DNA of 64,000 nucleotides from a virus: IMG/VR virus record IMGVR_UViG_3300033802_000281; one strand, 5' to 3'. Shown piece by piece: positions 59,691 to 64,000 of this stretch (position 1 is its first letter; each line of letters starts with the position of its first letter). The notes under the pieces were generated by a model. It saw only the letters and a program-made list of their open reading frames with translations, ran no database searches and was not told where the DNA came from. The position numbers and the translations under genes were made by a program.

Positions 59691-60476
59691 TTGAGTAAAG
59701 AATTACTTGGAAGTCTTGAAATAAATCGTATTTATCAAATGGACTGTCTAGAGGGTATGAAACTGATACCAGATAAAAGTATTGACATGATATTATGTGA
59801 TTTGCCTTATGGAACGACTGCTTGTAAATGGGATTATGTAATTCCATTTGCAGCCCTTTGGAAGCAATATGAACGAATAATCAAGGACAATGGGGCGATT
59901 GTTCTTACTGCTTCACAACCATTTACAACAGCATTGATAAACTCAAATATTAATCTCTTTAGGTATTGTTGGTATTGGAACAAAACTTATACTGTTGGAT
60001 TTATGAATGCAAATAAAATGCCTTTACGAAATGTTGAAGAAGTTGCTGTTTTTTATAAAAAGTTACCCACTTACAATCCACAAGGAGTTGTAGAGGTAAA
60101 CAAAAAACGATATAGACGAAAGGATAAAGAAACTACAGTATACAACGATATGGGCCTTAAAGAAGGAGAATATGCGCAGAAATTTACCAATTATCCTACC
60201 CAAGTATTGGTTTTCGGGAAAGAGGGTAAAACAGTTCACCCAACACAAAAACCTGTCGCCTTATTTGAATATCTGATCAAGACATACACAAATGAAGGTG
60301 AAATCGTCTTAGATAATTGTATGGGTTCAGGAACTACTGCGGTAGCAGCATTAAAATGTGGCAGAAGATTTATTGGATTTGAAACAGAATCCAAATACAT
60401 AGAAATTGCAAACATGAGAATTGAAAGTATATATAACGAATTAGACGATGAAAAGTTAATAAATAAAATACAATAA
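59691..60476 (+). CDS. N6/N4 DNA methyltransferase (beta class), paralog 3
   Basis: CDLPYG, HPTQKP, LDNCMGSGTT. Confidence 0.95.
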   Translation: MSKELLGSLEINRIYQMDCLEGMKLIPDKSIDMILCDLPYGTTACKWDYVIPFAALWKQYERIIKDNGAIVLTASQPFTTALINSNINLFRYCWYWNKTYTVGFMNANKMPLRNVEEVAVFYKKLPTYNPQGVVEVNKKRYRRKDKETTVYNDMGLKEGEYAQKFTNYPTQVLVFGKEGKTVHPTQKPVALFEYLIKTYTNEGEIVLDNCMGSGTTAVAALKCGRRFIGFETESKYIEIANMRIESIYNELDDEKLINKIQ

Positions 60477-60503
60477 AATAGGAATTTTATGGAGGGTTCT
60501 AAG

Positions 60504-60929
60504 ATGAATCAAATCAAATCTATTGAATTATGCTTAGAAAACTGTGAAGTATTAAAATTTGAGGCAGACCAAATTGGACGATTTGAAGTTAAAAATATTA
60601 AAAATGAAATTTCTAGAATTGCTTTAAATAGCATCTCTAAATTGTCTACGTGTGAGGAATTTATTATACAGATATCATCAAAAGCAAATATTTCGGAATC
60701 TTATCTAACAACATGGAGCAACAATAATGTTTTGCCTTTTGAAAGAATTAACAATGGTAGAGATATAGTATCCGTTACAATTAATTATGAAGATGGTAAT
60801 AAAGAAAATATTTATGTTGATTGGGATGGAACTTATTGTGAAAACTACCTTCAATCTAGCTACATAAATAAAGCAGGCGATCTTTATATTGTTGTATCTA
60901 AGAATAAAAATGTAAAAGATGTATTTTAA
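60504..60929 (+). CDS. conserved hypothetical phage protein
   Basis: IELCLENCE N-terminal motif; SD GGAGGG. Confidence 0.7.
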   Translation: MNQIKSIELCLENCEVLKFEADQIGRFEVKNIKNEISRIALNSISKLSTCEEFIIQISSKANISESYLTTWSNNNVLPFERINNGRDIVSVTINYEDGNKENIYVDWDGTYCENYLQSSYINKAGDLYIVVSKNKNVKDVF

Positions 60930-61005
60930 AATATCGGCTCTTCGGATTATGTGGTGGAATGACCGATTGCCATTATCCATTATTTCAAGGAATTAGGAGG
61001 TTTCT

Positions 61006-61455
61006 ATGAACACTGTAGATAAACAGAAGTTGATGGAATGGATTAAAAACAGGCGCATCGCTTTGGAAGGTATGGTGAATCAGCATACAGGATACCACAA
61101 ACGTCATCTAAGCGGGCAACATAGCGCATTGGTTGATGTGGAATGGGAATTACAAGAAGGACGTTTTGACGCCACCGAACTACCCGAACCAGAAGGGTTA
61201 AGAGAGCCGGTGCGATGGTTTGCGGAATTGATGGAGGATAAACTCCGCGAAAATGACTACAAAGGCGGTTGGGATAACGAAAACATCTACTGGCTATGGG
61301 AACGCTTGAGAGATGAATCGAGCGAACTGTTAGCCGCAATAGATGCTACCCGTGATTTGTATGCAGACCCAATCAATATTGCATTAGAAGCCGCAGACAT
61401 CGCAAATTTCGCGATGATGATCGCTGATTTAGCTCGAAAGAAGATCGAGTTATAA
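61006..61455 (+). CDS. MazG-like all-alpha NTP pyrophosphohydrolase domain protein
   Basis: MEDKLRENDYKGGW...LRDESSEL...EAADIANFAMMIAD. Confidence 0.6.
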   Translation: MNTVDKQKLMEWIKNRRIALEGMVNQHTGYHKRHLSGQHSALVDVEWELQEGRFDATELPEPEGLREPVRWFAELMEDKLRENDYKGGWDNENIYWLWERLRDESSELLAAIDATRDLYADPINIALEAADIANFAMMIADLARKKIEL

Positions 61456-61649
61456 TGCACAAATACGATCAAAATGAGTAATGAAAGCTGGAAATTAAAA
61501 CACACTTTTCCACCATAAAATTCAATTACCCAAAATATCTATATGAATTATCGAGATAAGAACGATTTTTCATTAGTTGGAGAGGTTAATGGTTTTGAAA
61601 TTAGGTATAATGACGATCCTTTTACTAGATGAATAAGGAGTGTTAACCG

Positions 61650-62309
61650 ATGAATACATATGAGGAGCAACTTAGCGAAGAATTTCTTGAAATTGACGAA
61701 GTGGAAAGAATTCGACAGGACGAGCGCTGGAGTATCAAGGATCTAGCAACGGCTGTATGGGCGGACGGTGTTGTCGCAGAAAACGAAAAGAAGGTTGCTG
61801 AGATCGAAGAAATTTATAATAAACGTCTTGAGGAATTCAAAACAAAATTAGATCAGTGGAAAGAGAATGCAAGCAAAAAATATTTAAACACAATTGATTT
61901 CTTTAAAACTCATCTTCATGTGTATCATATGCGTGTACTTGATGAAGAACGAGCCAGAGGTGTACCTGAAAGCAAACAAACAAAAACAATTAAATTACCT
62001 ACTAGAAAATTAGAATGTCGAAAACAAAAACCTGAAGCTTTAATTGATGGAGTAGAAGTTGTAAAGGCAAAATCAAATCCTAAATTTGTTTCATATGTTA
62101 AAGAGAATAGTCCAGAATTTATTAAAACAAGTGAAGAGGTACTTTGGGATAAATTTAAAAAGACATTAAAGCAAGTTAAAGTTGATGGTAAGCTAATGTA
62201 TGTAGATAGTACAGGGCAAAAAATCGACTTTATTGAACTCATTGAAAGGCCGGAAAAATATGATTGGAAACCACTAAAAACAGACGAAGTAATTGATTCT
62301 GAAGAATAA
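61650..62309 (+). CDS. host-nuclease inhibitor Gam-like protein
   Basis: W.IKDL..A.W...coiled coil...KTIKLPTRKLECRKQKP. Confidence 0.7.
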   Translation: MNTYEEQLSEEFLEIDEVERIRQDERWSIKDLATAVWADGVVAENEKKVAEIEEIYNKRLEEFKTKLDQWKENASKKYLNTIDFFKTHLHVYHMRVLDEERARGVPESKQTKTIKLPTRKLECRKQKPEALIDGVEVVKAKSNPKFVSYVKENSPEFIKTSEEVLWDKFKKTLKQVKVDGKLMYVDSTGQKIDFIELIERPEKYDWKPLKTDEVIDSEE

Positions 62310-62414
62310 AAATAAAAAATAAAATAGTTGATAAAACGTGTGGAAGATGGTATAATTCATAGCACAAAGTGAATTAAACTGTCTTCCACATATGACTATA
62401 ATTAAGGTGAAAAA

Positions 62415-63020
62415 ATGAGAAAGAAATATGCGACTAGTACTAAGAAAATTTATGAAGCTTTAAAAGCAATTATTCCAGATTATACAACAAATAAAGATAT
62501 AATTTTCGTATGCATTGGAACAGATAGATACACAGGTGACTCGTTGGGGCCACTTGTAGGCACAGAATTAAAGAAGAGGGGATATAAAAACGTTTACGGA
62601 ACGCTTGATAAACCAATACATGCAGCGAACTTAGAGGAAAGTTTGCAAGCACTACCTAAGAATAAAATAATGATTTGCATTGATTCTGCGCTCGGTAGAG
62701 AAAGATCGATAGGTAAATTTGTAATTAAAAAGGGTCAACTACATCCCGGTAAAGGTGTTGGTAAAGAGTTGCCATCATGTGGCGATTATTGCATATGTGG
62801 CGTTATAGATAAATCAAGTGATGTAAACTTTATAAATTATTTAACAATATGCAACACTAGGCTTAGTCTTGTTATGAAGATGGCTGACCGGTTAGCAAAT
62901 GCAATTACAATGAGATTTCCGATTAAAAATAAAATACATATATGGAGAAACGAGATGATCACTTATTATATCGAAATACCAAATAACGACTTAGAAATAG
63001 CAGGAGCATTGAATAAATAA
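62415..63020 (+). CDS. yyaC: spore protease YyaC family protein
   Basis: CIGTDRYTGDSLGPLVG...GTLDKPIHA.NL...IDSALG...PGKGVGKEL. Confidence 0.88.
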   Translation: MRKKYATSTKKIYEALKAIIPDYTTNKDIIFVCIGTDRYTGDSLGPLVGTELKKRGYKNVYGTLDKPIHAANLEESLQALPKNKIMICIDSALGRERSIGKFVIKKGQLHPGKGVGKELPSCGDYCICGVIDKSSDVNFINYLTICNTRLSLVMKMADRLANAITMRFPIKNKIHIWRNEMITYYIEIPNNDLEIAGALNK

Positions 63021-63024
63021 AATA

Positions 63025-63375
63025 TTGAAATTAAAAACTATAATTAAGACTGAAATTATTTTTATAACTCCATTAATTGCACTTTTAATTACTATTCCAA
63101 TTAATATTTATGAAATTCATCGAAATAATAAACAACAAGGTGGCAAAAAAATGAAAGTGGAAATTAAAAAGCTATCACCTACAGTTTATGAAATCATTAA
63201 AGGTTCTGAGTTTATTGATGATAAAGTATGGGGACATACGGTTAAAATTGATGGTTATTGGCCAGTTAGATATTTCCATTCGTCGTGGTTAAATGACGTG
63301 ATCGATGTTTGTTATAAATTTGGATATAAGTTAGAAATTCAGAGTGCAACAGAACAGAATAATATGAGCAAATAG
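63025..63375 (+). CDS. hypothetical protein
   Basis: ORF track; start uncertain (ATG 63151 has SD AGGTGG). Confidence 0.45.
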   Translation: MKLKTIIKTEIIFITPLIALLITIPINIYEIHRNNKQQGGKKMKVEIKKLSPTVYEIIKGSEFIDDKVWGHTVKIDGYWPVRYFHSSWLNDVIDVCYKFGYKLEIQSATEQNNMSK

Positions 63376-63386
63376 ATGTGTAACAG

Positions 63387-63845
63387 TTGGAGGTGTTTGT
63401 AATGAGATTCGACACACGTATTTATGATGCTTGGTTCGATGGATCAACAAGTCCTCATGAGCGAAGATCGGGAATAGGCGGAATTATTACATCTCCTGAC
63501 CACAAAGTTGTAGCAAAATACAGTATGGAAATACCATATGTTGACGATTGTAGAGTAGTAGAATATCTGTCGCTAATAAAACTTGTCGAAGTTCTACATA
63601 AGCACAATATAAAAAATGTTGAAATAAAAACTGATTGTTTAGGTTTGTGTGATTCAATAAAGTACGGAAGATCAAACAGATTTAATAAGCTCAAACCGGG
63701 AGACAGAGTTACAAAACTACATCAGGAAGCGATAGAAGTACTAAATAGTCTTAATTATTATATGATTAAGTGGGTGCCAAGAAAAAGGAATAAATATGCA
63801 GATCGTTTAAGTAAAAATTATAAATTGTTAGTTAATAATTTTTGA
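63387..63845 (+). CDS. ribonuclease HI-like protein
   Basis: FDGS...GIGG...EYLSL...IKTDC...WVPRKRNKYADRLS (DEDD). Confidence 0.85.
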   Translation: MEVFVMRFDTRIYDAWFDGSTSPHERRSGIGGIITSPDHKVVAKYSMEIPYVDDCRVVEYLSLIKLVEVLHKHNIKNVEIKTDCLGLCDSIKYGRSNRFNKLKPGDRVTKLHQEAIEVLNSLNYYMIKWVPRKRNKYADRLSKNYKLLVNNF

Positions 63846-64000
63846 AAGGATGTTAAAAATAAAATAAATGAATTATGATACCTTTGGTATTGAGATTCAA
63901 GCGGATTTTTGGGAAGTGAATCCTGAATTACTAAATGATATTAAACTTTTAAGGGAAATTAGCAAATGTGCTATTAGTGAAGCTGGAGCTACTTATGTAA

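Larger units (their letters stand above)
1717..60490. repeat. dispersed gene-junction palindrome ATRAAA-N6-TTTNAT (at least 25 copies)
   Basis: e.g. 1717, 1984, 3786, 4061, 6643, 14704, 16538, 16959, 17259, 18836, 19868, 21577, 44768, 49961, 51194, 54087, 54909, 55803, 57477, 59652, 60473. Confidence 0.85.

Overview
A 64-kb, AT-rich, almost entirely plus-strand segment of a large temperate phage or prophage of a spore-forming Bacillales host. The architecture is SPbeta-like. The Paenibacillaceae host assignment is inference from the agr-type cassette, YyaC and XapX genes. No virion structural genes are visible. Layout: (i) 1-31 kb, arrays of small accessory genes with a 3-tRNA cluster, a DUF262 protein, an HTH-fused C5 methyltransferase, a radical SAM pair, an IS605-type MITE and an orphan MazF; (ii) 31.4-36.5 kb, a lysogeny-control block: HTH, DndB-like SroE/YopQ homolog and integrase-fold SroF/YopR-like repressor, followed directly by a four-gene agr-like peptide signalling cassette (AgrB, kinase-less membrane sensor, AgrD, stand-alone LytTR); (iii) 37.2-39.4 kb, a tRNA operon containing an HNH gene enclosed by tRNA-like halves and a coiled-coil protein followed by a structured RNA with ten 7-nt repeats; (iv) 39.4-44 kb, SSB, AAA ATPase, transglycosylase and nucleotide metabolism genes; (v) 44-64 kb, six more DNA methyltransferases plus fragments, an IS608-like tnpB element splitting a small gene, and Gam-like, YyaC and RNase H genes. 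A palindrome ATRAAA-N6-TTTNAT marks at least 25 sites, nearly all at gene junctions in the accessory arrays, and ATAACAG is strongly enriched in the first 3.8 kb. All protein assignments come from motif recognition by eye; no database searches were run. Some start codons were moved from the ORF track to the codon with the best ribosome-binding site.
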